A stretch of 64,000 bases of DNA from a virus (IMGVR_UViG_3300042090_001530:1-64000); one strand, 5' to 3'. Shown: positions 26,501-35,996, counted from the first letter of the stretch. Program-made: numbers and translations. Notes: generated from the sequence alone by a model not told the origin.

Positions 26501-29390
26501 CGGGCAGGTCACGATCCTCAGCTCGGCCGGCGCCCAGCAGATCACCTACACCGGCGTCTCGGGCAACCAGCTCACCGGCTGCACCGGCGGCGTCGGCACC
26601 ATGTACACCGGGCAGCGCGTCACCCAGTACCCGGTCTTCACGAACAACGGCGCGACCCTAGCGGTCGGCTCCACGACCACGATCGTCTCCAACGGCGCCC
26701 TGTTCCAAGTCGGCGGCAAATACAGCATCGTCGACGGGCCGCGCACCGAACGCATCACCGTCACCGCGATCAGCACCAACACCCTGACGCTGCAGTACCC
26801 GACCTCGTTCCAGCACATCGACCAGTGCCAGATCGGCCAAGCGGTCGCCGAGTCCAACCAGATCCTCGGCAACTTCTGCTCCGGCGGCACCGACGCCGGC
26901 ATCAAACTCGCGTCGGCCATCAGGACCACGATCGACGACAACAGCCTGTACCAGATCGGCCTGCGGGGCATCGACGGGATCATCTGGTCCTCCGGCGGCC
27001 TCCAGCCCCCCTACGGCACGATCGTGTCCAACAACACGATCACCGCCCCGGACACGACGGGCAACGGCGCCGCATACTCGTCCATCGCCTTCGCCCAGAT
27101 GTCCGACCTGCAGATCTCCGGCAACAGGTGCGGCGGCGCGCTCAACGCCACCCAGGAATCATACGTAGCCCTGTTCATCCAGGCCGTCACCGACAGCGTC
27201 GTCTCCCGCAACATCGTCGCCGACACGTACGGCGTCGGAATGAGACTCGACGTCGTCAACGAATGGCCATGCAAGCGGGTCCGGGTCGCCGACAACCAGA
27301 TCTTGCGCACCGGCGGCGAAGGACTCGTCCTGTACGGCGGCCAGGAACTCCAGGTCGCCGGGAACGTCATCGAAGGCTGCGCCCCCAACTCCGGCGGCGG
27401 CTACGGCGGCGCCCTGGACGTACGCGGCGTGCAGAGCAGCATCATCGCCAACAACCTCGTCATCGACAACGGGCACGGCGGCATCAGCCTCGACAGCGCC
27501 ACCATCAACGGGGCCACCGTCTACACCAGCGCGAACACGTTCTCAGGCAACATCGCCGGCGACGACGGGCTCAACTACGACTGCTGGACCGGCGCCCACC
27601 AGCAGCAGGGCTCCGGAATCAAAGAGGTCTCGAGCGGCCAAGGCCCCAACGCCTACGACGGCAACATCGTCTTCGGGACCGGCGCCAACTTCTCGCTGAC
27701 CAGCCTCGGCAACACGTTCACCGGCACCTCGCTCGTGCCCGTCGCCGTCAAGACCGCGAACTACACGGCGAACCCCAGCGAGTTCGTGCCCTGCGACACC
27801 ACGACGGCCGCGCTCACCGTCACCCTCCCCACCGCGCCGACCGACCGCACCGTAGCCGGGGTCAAAGCCGTCACCCTCGGCGCAGGCCACAACGTCACCG
27901 TCGCCTGCGGCGGCACCGACGTGTTCAACAAGACCGGCGGCGGCACCACGGCCACGATCTCACTGCCCGGCCAAGCCCAGTTCTACCAGTACAGCGCCAG
28001 CCTCGGCGTCTGGTACATCGTCGGCGACGACCTGCCACTGACCCAACTCGACACCCGGTACGTCCTCGACTCGACGATGACCACGCTCGGCGACACCCTC
28101 TACGGCGGCGCGGCAGGCACCGCCACGCGCGTACCCGGCAACACCACGGCGACGAAGAACTTCTACACCCAGACCGGCACCGGCAGCGCATCCGCCGCGC
28201 CCGCCTGGGGCGCCATCGCCGCCGCCGACATACCCACCCTCAACCAGAACACCACTGGCACGGCAGGCGGCCTGAGCACCACCCTCGCGATCGGCTCCGG
28301 CGGCACGGGCCAGACAACCCAACAGGCAGCGATCAACGCGCTCACCGGCACCCAGAACGCCAGCACATACCTGCGCAGCAACGGCACCAACGCGAGCCTC
28401 TCCGCCATCCAAGCCAGCGACATCCCGACTCTCAACCAATCCACGACCGGGACGGCCGCAGGCCTCAGCACCACCCTGGCCGTCGGCAGCGGCGGCACCG
28501 GGCAGACCACACAGCAAGCGGCCATCAACGCCCTGACCGGGACGCAGTCCGCAGGCACCTACCTGCGCTCCAACGGCACCAACGCGGCCCTGGCGGCGAT
28601 CCAAGCCGCCGACGTCCCCACGTTGAATCAGTCCACCACCGGCAACGCCGCATCCGTCGGCGGCATCACCGTCACCGGAACACCCGCCACCGGCCAAGCC
28701 CTCGTCGCCACCTCCGCCACGGCCGCCGACTGGCAGGCCGCAGGCGCCGTCACCGCACTGACCCAATTCGGGACCGCCAGCGCCAACGGGTCCACCGGCC
28801 AATACTCCGACGCCGGGCACGTCCACGGCGCCCCCGACTCCTACACCTGGGACTCCCCGAAACAGCACGGCTTCAAAGAATGGCTCTTCCCGCTCCTCAC
28901 CAGCTACCTCAACCAGTCCTTCACCTCCGGCACCATCTACGGCGCCACCTTCATCGCGCAAACCAACTCCACCATCTCCAAAGTCGCCGTCGACGTCACC
29001 TCGGCCGCCGCCACCCCCACCGCCGGTGAAAACCTCATCGGGTTCTACACCGTCTCCGGCACCACCTGGACCCAGGCCACCGTCACCGGAGACCTCAGCA
29101 CCTGGGGCTCGACCGGCCTCAACGAATACACCTTCGGCGCCAGCCAAACCCTCGTGCCCGGCACCACCTACATGCTGCTGATGCTCTCCGTCGCCACCAC
29201 CGCCGTGCACCTCGGCGGATTCACCGGAAACAACAATTTCACCAACCTCGGCTGTTCCGCGACCGCCGCCCCGTGGATGAGGTTCTTCACCTACGGCACC
29301 AGCCAAACCGCGCTGCCCGCCTCGTTCACCGCGTCCACCAGCACCCTGAGCATCACGTCCGCGATCTTCCCGTGGGCCGGACTGCTCTAG
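23577..29390 (+). CDS. 1937-aa multidomain beta-helix tail-fibre/adhesin
   Basis: Actinophage minor-tail N-terminal domain; NNLSDLA..ARTNLGLG repeats; TAPT..DNST.LAT repeats; NIVAYGADPTG pectate_lyase_3 start; beta-helix repeats. Confidence 0.78.
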   Translation: MSLTTITVTGSYPAGAGSGVATGFVTFVPTARIVNAAGHTIIPQLPVQVQLQLGAFSLPNVITTDNAGLSPAGWAWEVTEYISGVAADPYYVFIPSTFGETVDLSQLTEATPGPIVTAYANLGASNTFTLGNTFAAGITVEGAFELDGTGIASPPGGTTEFLRADGTWDVPAGGGGGGVTPPAGDLGGTAGDPTVVSTHLASPLPTAQGGTGAASLAAAGLVQGANNLSDLASASSARTNLGLGTAATQSAAAFDAAGAAATAQATAESFATSAVGAETTRAEAAEALLAPLASPALTGSPTAPTKTALTNSTDIATTAYTDAAVAVETTRAEAAEALKAPLASPALTGSPTAPTQTTGDNSTKLATDAFVTTAVATETTRAETAEAALLPLTGGTMTGAIAMGAHKVTGLTNGSAPTDAAAYGQIPTSAGSIGGLLAANNLSDVASAGTARTNLGLGSAAVLAGSAVAQTANNLADLANEATARTNLGLGGAAVLAASAVAQTANNLSDLASATAARTNLGLGAAATASLPLPLASGGTGLNAAPGAVSESLLATSTSAVAWSTQTYNIVAYGADPTGAADSTTAINSAIAAAVAAGGTVLIPPGTFSTTGIVISGASKFCIRADRGATLWIAAPTNAAPTQVTRNILTLVGCTDFAIENLTIDGRRDAIAPLTVLAANAASGQALVHVANGAAAAYKVGQVLNVCGGWTVASGAQQNQQDQNLTIASITPGTSGGNDTITFTANLANAYTSATGTQTDGYGPIAGNGGYITPWQTGTATIAGRVLTQEDQQCGIHLIACTRFRVSGCEITGMWESGIRCGDHLLNGSAQNDGATLGTITGNIITHCYDQGIGLWCSANMTVTGNTVTAAGWAGICMTGSDQCTITGNVSTNNTQLIPNGPGGYGAAIEGGLGNVVSANQFNGNAYCPILLTALGTIPFGGPAQVATTVASGSNTVALPATAVNLASATGLATAGQVTILSSAGAQQITYTGVSGNQLTGCTGGVGTMYTGQRVTQYPVFTNNGATLAVGSTTTIVSNGALFQVGGKYSIVDGPRTERITVTAISTNTLTLQYPTSFQHIDQCQIGQAVAESNQILGNFCSGGTDAGIKLASAIRTTIDDNSLYQIGLRGIDGIIWSSGGLQPPYGTIVSNNTITAPDTTGNGAAYSSIAFAQMSDLQISGNRCGGALNATQESYVALFIQAVTDSVVSRNIVADTYGVGMRLDVVNEWPCKRVRVADNQILRTGGEGLVLYGGQELQVAGNVIEGCAPNSGGGYGGALDVRGVQSSIIANNLVIDNGHGGISLDSATINGATVYTSANTFSGNIAGDDGLNYDCWTGAHQQQGSGIKEVSSGQGPNAYDGNIVFGTGANFSLTSLGNTFTGTSLVPVAVKTANYTANPSEFVPCDTTTAALTVTLPTAPTDRTVAGVKAVTLGAGHNVTVACGGTDVFNKTGGGTTATISLPGQAQFYQYSASLGVWYIVGDDLPLTQLDTRYVLDSTMTTLGDTLYGGAAGTATRVPGNTTATKNFYTQTGTGSASAAPAWGAIAAADIPTLNQNTTGTAGGLSTTLAIGSGGTGQTTQQAAINALTGTQNASTYLRSNGTNASLSAIQASDIPTLNQSTTGTAAGLSTTLAVGSGGTGQTTQQAAINALTGTQSAGTYLRSNGTNAALAAIQAADVPTLNQSTTGNAASVGGITVTGTPATGQALVATSATAADWQAAGAVTALTQFGTASANGSTGQYSDAGHVHGAPDSYTWDSPKQHGFKEWLFPLLTSYLNQSFTSGTIYGATFIAQTNSTISKVAVDVTSAAATPTAGENLIGFYTVSGTTWTQATVTGDLSTWGSTGLNEYTFGASQTLVPGTTYMLLMLSVATTAVHLGGFTGNNNFTNLGCSATAAPWMRFFTYGTSQTALPASFTASTSTLSITSAIFPWAGLL

Positions 29391-29408
29391 AAACCGAAGG
29401 AGCCCGAG

Positions 29409-29678
29409 ATGGCCAGCATCGGCGACCAGGTCCTCTACAACGAGGGCGACGCCAACGTCAGCGCCTGGGCGTGGGGCGTGATCGTCATGACGGACACCGA
29501 CCCCACCAGCGAGGAGATCGCCGCCGCCGTCGCCGAGTTCAGCAACTACCCCACCGCACCGCCGGCCGGGTCCGTCCTGATCTGCTATCAGGGCCTGGTC
29601 GGCAACACGTACCCCGTCGCCAGTTACGAGTACGCGAGCGAAGGCACCGGCCCCGGCCAGTACCAGGCGCTCGCCTAG
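29409..29678 (+). CDS. hypothetical protein
   Basis: AAGGAG RBS; 89 aa. Confidence 0.7.
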   Translation: MASIGDQVLYNEGDANVSAWAWGVIVMTDTDPTSEEIAAAVAEFSNYPTAPPAGSVLICYQGLVGNTYPVASYEYASEGTGPGQYQALA

Positions 29679-29709
29679 GAACCGCGCCGACGCCTAGGAA
29701 CCGCGCCGA
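29672..29709 (+). repeat. perfect 19-bp tandem duplication CGCCTAGGAACCGCGCCGA
   Basis: Copies at 29672-29690 and 29691-29709, directly before the terS ATG. Confidence 0.9.
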
Positions 29710-30500
29710 TGCTCAGACGGGCTCACCCCGGCGAAACCGCCTGCACGGGCATATGGCCGATCACGAGCAACCCGTGCAGGAACGCGCCGCGCGACGGGCA
29801 TGACACCTGCGAGGCGCACGACCCCTCAGGCGACAAGCGCCGACCACCGCCACCGGACGAGCAGCGCTGCACCGGCACCAACCGGGAATCCGGCGAACGC
29901 TGCCGCAACGGGCATGGGCCCGGCCGGAAGGCCTGCGGCATGCACGGGGGCAACGCCAAACAGGTCGTCGGAAAAGCCGAGGAACGCGTTGCGGAAGGGA
30001 AGGCGCGGCGGCTCATGGCAACCTATGGCCGCAAGGTGGAAACCACCGCCACCCAAGCCCTGATCGATGAGGTCCAATGGACCGCCGGGCATGTCGAATG
30101 GCTGCGCGAACGCGTTCAGGAGATCGAGGGAGTACGAGCCGCCGTCCTCGAACCCGGCGAGGGCGGGATCCCCGCCGACAGTGACCGGCACCCGCTGGTC
30201 TGGGGTATCACCAAGATTAAGGAGGGCGGCGAGGACGCAGGGACGACGTACGAGGCAGCGGCGTCGATTTGGCTAGCCTTATATTGGAAAGAACGTGAAC
30301 ATCTTGTCAGGGTGTGCGCAGCCACCGTCAAGGCCGGAGTCGACGAACGCCTCGTCAAACTCGCCGAGGATCAGGGGCGCCTGGTGGCAGACGTCTTGAG
30401 AGCCATCCTCGGCGACCTCGACCTCACCCCCGAACAGCACACCCGCGCCTATGAAGTCGCCCCACGGCACCTGCGAGCCCTCACCGCCCGAACCGCCTAA
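29709..30500 (+). CDS. terS: terminase small subunit (HGG-type Zn knuckles)
   Basis: Two C-C-C-H modules (second ends CGMHGG); ALIDEVQWTAGHVEWL; directly upstream of terL. Confidence 0.7.
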   Translation: MLRRAHPGETACTGIWPITSNPCRNAPRDGHDTCEAHDPSGDKRRPPPPDEQRCTGTNRESGERCRNGHGPGRKACGMHGGNAKQVVGKAEERVAEGKARRLMATYGRKVETTATQALIDEVQWTAGHVEWLRERVQEIEGVRAAVLEPGEGGIPADSDRHPLVWGITKIKEGGEDAGTTYEAAASIWLALYWKEREHLVRVCAATVKAGVDERLVKLAEDQGRLVADVLRAILGDLDLTPEQHTRAYEVAPRHLRALTARTA

Positions 30501-30512
30501 CCAGGGGGCGGG

Positions 30513-32165
30513 ATGACCGCCGTCCTCGACTGGGCTGAACACGCGGCCCGCGAATTCGAAGACGACGCACCCAAGCCCCGGCACCGCTTCTACGACGACC
30601 CGGTCGGATTCGCCGACACCTGCATCCGCTGGCCCCCCGATGCGGGACTGACCGCCTACCAGCGCGACGTGCTCGCCGCACTGCCCACCAAACGCAAAGT
30701 ATCCGTGCGCGGACCGCACGGCCTGGGCAAGACCACCACTGCGGCCGTGGCCGTCCTGTGGTTCGCCCTGACCCGCGAACTCTCCGGACGCGACTGGAAG
30801 ATCCCCACGACTGCCGGGGCATGGCGCCAGCTCGAATTTTATCTCTGGCCGGAGATAAAGAAGTGGGCGCGGCAGTTGGACTGGAACGCCCTCGGCTGCG
30901 AACCGCTCTCGGAGCGCACCGAACTGCTCACCCTGAACATCAAACTCGCGCACGGGCACGCGTTCGCCGCCGCGTCCGACAACCCGTCCCTGATCGAAGG
31001 CGCGCACGGCGACAGCATCCTATACGTCTTCGACGAATCCAAGGCGATCATCCCGGCGACGTTCGACGCCGCCGAAGGTGCGTTCTCCGGCGCGGACGCC
31101 ACCGGCAACCTCGAGGCATACGCCCTTGCGATGTCCACCCCAGGCGAACCCAACGGCCGCTTCTACGAGATCCACTCGCGCAAACCGGGCCTAGAAGACT
31201 GGTGGGCACGGCACGTCACCGTCGACGAGGCGATCGCCGCCGGTCGCATCAGCAAGTCCTGGGTGGAACAGAGGCGCCTACAGTGGGGCGCCGACAGCGC
31301 GCTCTTCGCCAACCGCGTCCTCGGCGAATTCCACTCCAGCGACGAAGACGGCGTCATCCCGCTCGCCTGGGTAGAGGCCGCCAACGAACGCTGGCGCGCC
31401 TGGGACGACGACGGCCGTCCCGAAATGCCGGGGCCCCGCACTGTCGGAGTCGACGTCGCAAGGTCTGGATCCGACAAGACCGTGATGGCGCTCCTCGACG
31501 GCGCCGTGCTCACCGAACTGCGCCACAGCTCCCTTGAAGACACGATGCAGACCACCGGCCGCGTCATCGGAATCGTCACCGCCCACCCGGACCGGCGCCC
31601 GATCGTGGACGTCATCGGCATCGGCGCCGGCGTCGTCGACCGGCTGCGCGAGCAAGGCGTCAGCGTCGAGGCGTTCAACGCCAGCGAAGGCACCGACCGC
31701 AAGGACCGATCGGGCGAGTTGGGCTTCACCAACACGCGCAGCGCCGCGCACTGGAACCTCAGGGAACTGCTCGATCCGGCCTACGGCGCCGAGTTGGCGC
31801 TCCCGCCCGACGACCGGCTCACCGGAGACCTGACCGCCCCGCACTGGCGGGTGATGTCCGGAGGCCGGATCCAGGTGGAATCCAAGGACGAGATCCGAAA
31901 GAGGCTCGGCCGGTCCACCGACGACGGCGACGCCGTAGTCCAAGCCACATGGGACGGCGACGGCACCGACGCGCAAGCCTGGATCGACCACTTCCGGCGC
32001 AAAGCCGAAGCCGTCGGCATGACACCACGTGCGGCCATCGGCGCGGCATCCGCAGAACCCGAACCGACCCCCGAACCCGAACCCCCCACCAGCGACATAG
32101 ACCTCCGGCGGGCAGCACGCACAGCGGCACTACGCGGCGGCCGGTTCACGACGTCCTCACGCTGA
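30513..32165 (+). CDS. terL: terminase large subunit
   Basis: Walker A GPHGLGKTT, Walker B VFDE, MSTP coupling motif, nuclease GVDVAR and DDGDA. Confidence 0.9.
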   Translation: MTAVLDWAEHAAREFEDDAPKPRHRFYDDPVGFADTCIRWPPDAGLTAYQRDVLAALPTKRKVSVRGPHGLGKTTTAAVAVLWFALTRELSGRDWKIPTTAGAWRQLEFYLWPEIKKWARQLDWNALGCEPLSERTELLTLNIKLAHGHAFAAASDNPSLIEGAHGDSILYVFDESKAIIPATFDAAEGAFSGADATGNLEAYALAMSTPGEPNGRFYEIHSRKPGLEDWWARHVTVDEAIAAGRISKSWVEQRRLQWGADSALFANRVLGEFHSSDEDGVIPLAWVEAANERWRAWDDDGRPEMPGPRTVGVDVARSGSDKTVMALLDGAVLTELRHSSLEDTMQTTGRVIGIVTAHPDRRPIVDVIGIGAGVVDRLREQGVSVEAFNASEGTDRKDRSGELGFTNTRSAAHWNLRELLDPAYGAELALPPDDRLTGDLTAPHWRVMSGGRIQVESKDEIRKRLGRSTDDGDAVVQATWDGDGTDAQAWIDHFRRKAEAVGMTPRAAIGAASAEPEPTPEPEPPTSDIDLRRAARTAALRGGRFTTSSR

Positions 32166-32177
32166 GGGGGCGCCCCG

Positions 32178-35100
32178 GTGGTATCGCGCGAACTCGCCCT
32201 CCCCGAACCCGCGGCCGTAACCCGGCAGCGAGCCAGGGCGGTACGCGCACAAGCCGCCGCCTCACCGCGCGCCCGAGTCGCCAAAGTCTGGGGCACCGCA
32301 GTACCCACTGCGGTCCAGGCCGGTGAAGCCGCGTCGCAGATGACCCCGGCGAGCCCGTTCGCACCGGGCGAGCCGGTCAGCCCCTATGACGGATTCAGCC
32401 GTACCCCGCGCACATTCGACTACATCCCGCAGTACAACGTCGCCACCCGGCCGCGCACCCACGAGCGCGTAGCGTTCAGCACCCTGCGCGGGCTGATCGA
32501 GTCCTATGACATCGCCCAAGTCGCGATCTGGCACCGGATCGACTCGATCCGCTCCCTCGAATGGTCGCTGGTCGCAGACGACGGCTACCAGGGCGATGTA
32601 ACGGGTGCGGTCGCGCTCGGCATGGCCGCCCTGAAGAAGCCGGACAGGAAAAACCCTTTCGACGCGTGGCTCGCCGAGTTCCTCTTCGACGTGCTCGCAT
32701 TCGACGCTGGCGCCCTGTACCGGATGCGCAACCGCGCCGGACAGGTCATCGGCCTCAAGCCGGTAGACGGCACGATCCTGGCGCCGCTCCTTGACTACTG
32801 GGGCGACCCGCCGGAGCCGCCCGCCCCGGCCTACGTGCAGTACGCCAACGGGCTGCCGTGGAACTGGCTGACGGCCGACGACCTGATCTACCAGCCCTTC
32901 CGGAAGATCACCAACTCGCCGTACGGCCGCGCGCCCCTCGAGTCGATCCTGCTCAACGCGAACACCGACTTGAGGTTCCAGGCCTACTTCCTGCAGCGGT
33001 ACACCGAAGGCAACCTGCCCGCCGCGTTCGCGTCCGCACCGGAGACCTGGACCCCGCAGCAGATCGAATCGTTCCAGGAGTACTGGGACGGGTTCATCCT
33101 CGGCGACCAGTCGTTCAAGAACCAGATCCGGTGGATCCCGCCCGGAAGCAAGATCGAATGGTCGAACGAGAAAGACTTCACCGACGCGTTCTCGCTGTTC
33201 ATGATGCGAAAGACCCTAGCGGCCTACCACGTGGTGCCCGCAGACCTGGGCTTCACGGAAAGCGTCAACAAGTCGGCAGGGGAGACGCAGACCGACGTTC
33301 AGCATCGCATCGGCGACGCGCCCCTCGCTAAGCACGTCTCCAGCATCCTCACCGGATTCCTGCAAGACGACCTACGCCTTCCCCTCAAGCACCAGTTCGA
33401 CTTCGGCGAGGAGCAGGACGACCGTCTCGCCACTGCGCAGGCCGACCAGGTGTACATCCAGAACGCCGTCGTCTCCCCGTCCGAGATCCGCGAACTGCGG
33501 TTCGGCCTCGGCGAGCCCGACGGGCGCCCCGTGCCGCGTTACATCTTCTCCTCGCGTGGCGGCGCAGTGCCGCTGGCCCCGCTGTTCGCGGTCGCCGGCC
33601 CCATCGACCCCGCATCCGGCGCGCCTCTCCCTGGCGCGCCGCTACCGAAGAAGCCCTTCAGTCCCATCGAGGGGGTTGAACCGAACCCGGCCCCGCCGAC
33701 GAAGCCGCTCGCGGTGCAAATCTACGGGGACCTGAATCCGCCCACGCCCAATCCGGTGGTCGGTGTCGCCCCGGCGCCGCACGCTGTGATGCCTGGCGCA
33801 GCCGCGCCTCAGGCCGCCGCAACGCCCGTCGCCAAGGACGGCGCGGCAGCCCCGGCGGCTGGGTCCGGCTCGACCGCCGGGATCACCGCCGCGACCGGCA
33901 TCTACTCGTATGACCTAGGCACCGAGCCCGTCATCATGCCCGACGCCGACGACATCGACTACGAAGTCGCCAAGTCGGAACTCGCCACCTACCGGCGGTA
34001 CGTCAAGGCACGCAAGCGCAGCGGACGCTGGAAAGACTTCGAGTTCGCGGCCATCGACCGCGTCACCGCGCACCGGCTCAACGACGCCGGACGCTTGGAG
34101 ATCCGGAAGGCTGGCGGCGTCATCGCGTGCGCCGGCCTCGCAGTCCTCGCCGAGGACACCGGCCGCGTCCTCATGCTCCAGCGCGGGCTCGACCCGAACG
34201 ACCCCGCCTCCGGGACCTTTGAATTTCCTGGCGGGCACGTCGAGGACGGAGAAACCCCGCTCGCGGCTGCCGAGCGCGAATTCCAAGAGGAAACAGGGCT
34301 CCTCCTCTCGGCCGACGCACTGACCAACGCCAACCCCGACGCAACCTGGACCAGCGCCGACCGCGTCTACCGCGGGTTCGTCGTCACCATCCCCGTCGAA
34401 GCGGCGCTGCCGATCGCGGAACGCGGCCAGGTCGCCAATCCCGACGACCCGGACGCTGACGCAGTCGAAATGATCGCCTGGTGGGATCCGAGATTGTTGC
34501 CGGCCAACCCGGCGGTGCGCCCGGAACTGCTCGCGTCCATGGACGACGTACAGCGGGCGATCGCGATCGCGCAACCGTGCGACACGGTCCCTGCAGAGGT
34601 CGCGGCTCCCGTAGAGAAGGCCGCGCCGATGCTCGGGGAAGTGCCGGGGCTCACCAAGCGCTCCGGCATGATCTCGCTGGACCTCCCGGCAGGTCTCATC
34701 CCCGTCGTGCCCGGAGGCTTGAACGATCACCATGTGACCGTGGTCTATCTCGGGAAAGACCTCGACGATGAGGACTTTGCCGCAGCCTGCGACCGTGCCG
34801 AAACCGCCGCGACGGCCATGGCCGGACCGCTCACCGGCAGCATCAGCGGCCGAGGAGTGTTCCCGCCCTCAGCGTCCAGCGACGGGAAGATCCCCGTGTT
34901 CGCCGAGGTCGAACTGCCCGGCATCAGCGCGCTCCACGCGGAACTCGAAGACCTGTCCGCGTCCGAGCACGCCAGCTATCACGCGCACGTCACCCGCACG
35001 TACGCCGAGCCCGGCGACCAACTGCCGGACCCGCTCCCGTATACGCCGGTGACTTTCACGCACCTCACGGTCCATCGCGGCGACGAGCAGATGAGCTTCC

Positions 35101-35996
35101 CGTTCGGGCAGCGCGGACTCGGCGTGATGAAGGCCAGCGGCGGTGAACCCGACGGCCCAAAAGCTGACGCCTCCGCCAAGGAGGCGTCCAAGGCGTGGCC
35201 CGGCTGGGAACACGACCTCCAAGCCGCCCGGCACTGGGCCGACAGACTCAACAACGGATACACCAACGCATTAAGCCGGACGCACGCCGAACGCATCGCA
35301 GCCTCGTTCATCGCCGCACACCCGCAACCGAAAACCGAGAAGAAGCCGACCAAAGCCGAGACCGCGGCGGTAGCGGCAGCACTCCTCGCCGCCGCGCTCG
35401 CACACCTCGAAAACCAAGGCCTCGACCTCACCAGCCATGCCACCGAGAACCTGCGCGGTATCTACGCCGACGGCTACTTGATCGGCGCCGCATCCGGCAA
35501 CGCGGTCATCGACGGCGGCGCGCCCGCGCTCGGTAACTGGGCGCCCGGCAAAACCGCCGACGCGCACCACCTCATCGAAACCCTCGCGCTCGGCGCCGGG
35601 CTCTCCGCGCTCCTGCTACGAGCACCCGAAGTAGCAGCGGAGATGTCGAACACGCGCATGACCGCCATGGCCACAGCGCTCGCCGCCGGCGCGGCATCCG
35701 GATCGGGGCCGGCCGTCATCGCCGGAACCCTAGTCGCGGTCCTCGCCGCGGGCTGGCGATCCCTCAGATCCGCGATCACCGGAATCACCACCGGATCCAG
35801 CGCCGGAGCGAGCGACACCTACCAGAAGCGCGGCGTCGAACTCGGCCAATGGCTGCTGGACCCCAGCAGCAAGAGCTGTCCGAACTGCATCGCCAACGCC
35901 AACGCCAAGCCGCGCCCACTCGGGCAGCCGTGGCCCAGCGGCAGCGCATATCCGCCAGAGCATGATCACTGTCGGTGCGAAATCGGCCCTGCGTAA
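32178..35996 (+). CDS. portal protein fused to NUDIX hydrolase, 2H phosphoesterase and MuF-like minor head domain
   Basis: N-terminal portal follows terL. Nudix box GHVEDGETPLAAAEREFQEETG at 34233-34298; HVT motifs at 34731 and 34986; C-terminal CPNC...HDHCRC. Confidence 0.85.
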   Translation: MVSRELALPEPAAVTRQRARAVRAQAAASPRARVAKVWGTAVPTAVQAGEAASQMTPASPFAPGEPVSPYDGFSRTPRTFDYIPQYNVATRPRTHERVAFSTLRGLIESYDIAQVAIWHRIDSIRSLEWSLVADDGYQGDVTGAVALGMAALKKPDRKNPFDAWLAEFLFDVLAFDAGALYRMRNRAGQVIGLKPVDGTILAPLLDYWGDPPEPPAPAYVQYANGLPWNWLTADDLIYQPFRKITNSPYGRAPLESILLNANTDLRFQAYFLQRYTEGNLPAAFASAPETWTPQQIESFQEYWDGFILGDQSFKNQIRWIPPGSKIEWSNEKDFTDAFSLFMMRKTLAAYHVVPADLGFTESVNKSAGETQTDVQHRIGDAPLAKHVSSILTGFLQDDLRLPLKHQFDFGEEQDDRLATAQADQVYIQNAVVSPSEIRELRFGLGEPDGRPVPRYIFSSRGGAVPLAPLFAVAGPIDPASGAPLPGAPLPKKPFSPIEGVEPNPAPPTKPLAVQIYGDLNPPTPNPVVGVAPAPHAVMPGAAAPQAAATPVAKDGAAAPAAGSGSTAGITAATGIYSYDLGTEPVIMPDADDIDYEVAKSELATYRRYVKARKRSGRWKDFEFAAIDRVTAHRLNDAGRLEIRKAGGVIACAGLAVLAEDTGRVLMLQRGLDPNDPASGTFEFPGGHVEDGETPLAAAEREFQEETGLLLSADALTNANPDATWTSADRVYRGFVVTIPVEAALPIAERGQVANPDDPDADAVEMIAWWDPRLLPANPAVRPELLASMDDVQRAIAIAQPCDTVPAEVAAPVEKAAPMLGEVPGLTKRSGMISLDLPAGLIPVVPGGLNDHHVTVVYLGKDLDDEDFAAACDRAETAATAMAGPLTGSISGRGVFPPSASSDGKIPVFAEVELPGISALHAELEDLSASEHASYHAHVTRTYAEPGDQLPDPLPYTPVTFTHLTVHRGDEQMSFPFGQRGLGVMKASGGEPDGPKADASAKEASKAWPGWEHDLQAARHWADRLNNGYTNALSRTHAERIAASFIAAHPQPKTEKKPTKAETAAVAAALLAAALAHLENQGLDLTSHATENLRGIYADGYLIGAASGNAVIDGGAPALGNWAPGKTADAHHLIETLALGAGLSALLLRAPEVAAEMSNTRMTAMATALAAGAASGSGPAVIAGTLVAVLAAGWRSLRSAITGITTGSSAGASDTYQKRGVELGQWLLDPSSKSCPNCIANANAKPRPLGQPWPSGSAYPPEHDHCRCEIGPA

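Noticed and set aside
20514-29306. Very long alternative-frame and antisense ORFs (20514..23570 +, 23567..29029 +, 23403..26117 -, 27960..29306 -)
   Set aside because: R/H/P-rich or G/V-rich shadows of real high-GC3 genes; no recognisable motifs.
20662-29390. Diversity-generating retroelement behind the repeated fibre modules
   Set aside because: No reverse transcriptase, and differences between copies are not adenine-specific.
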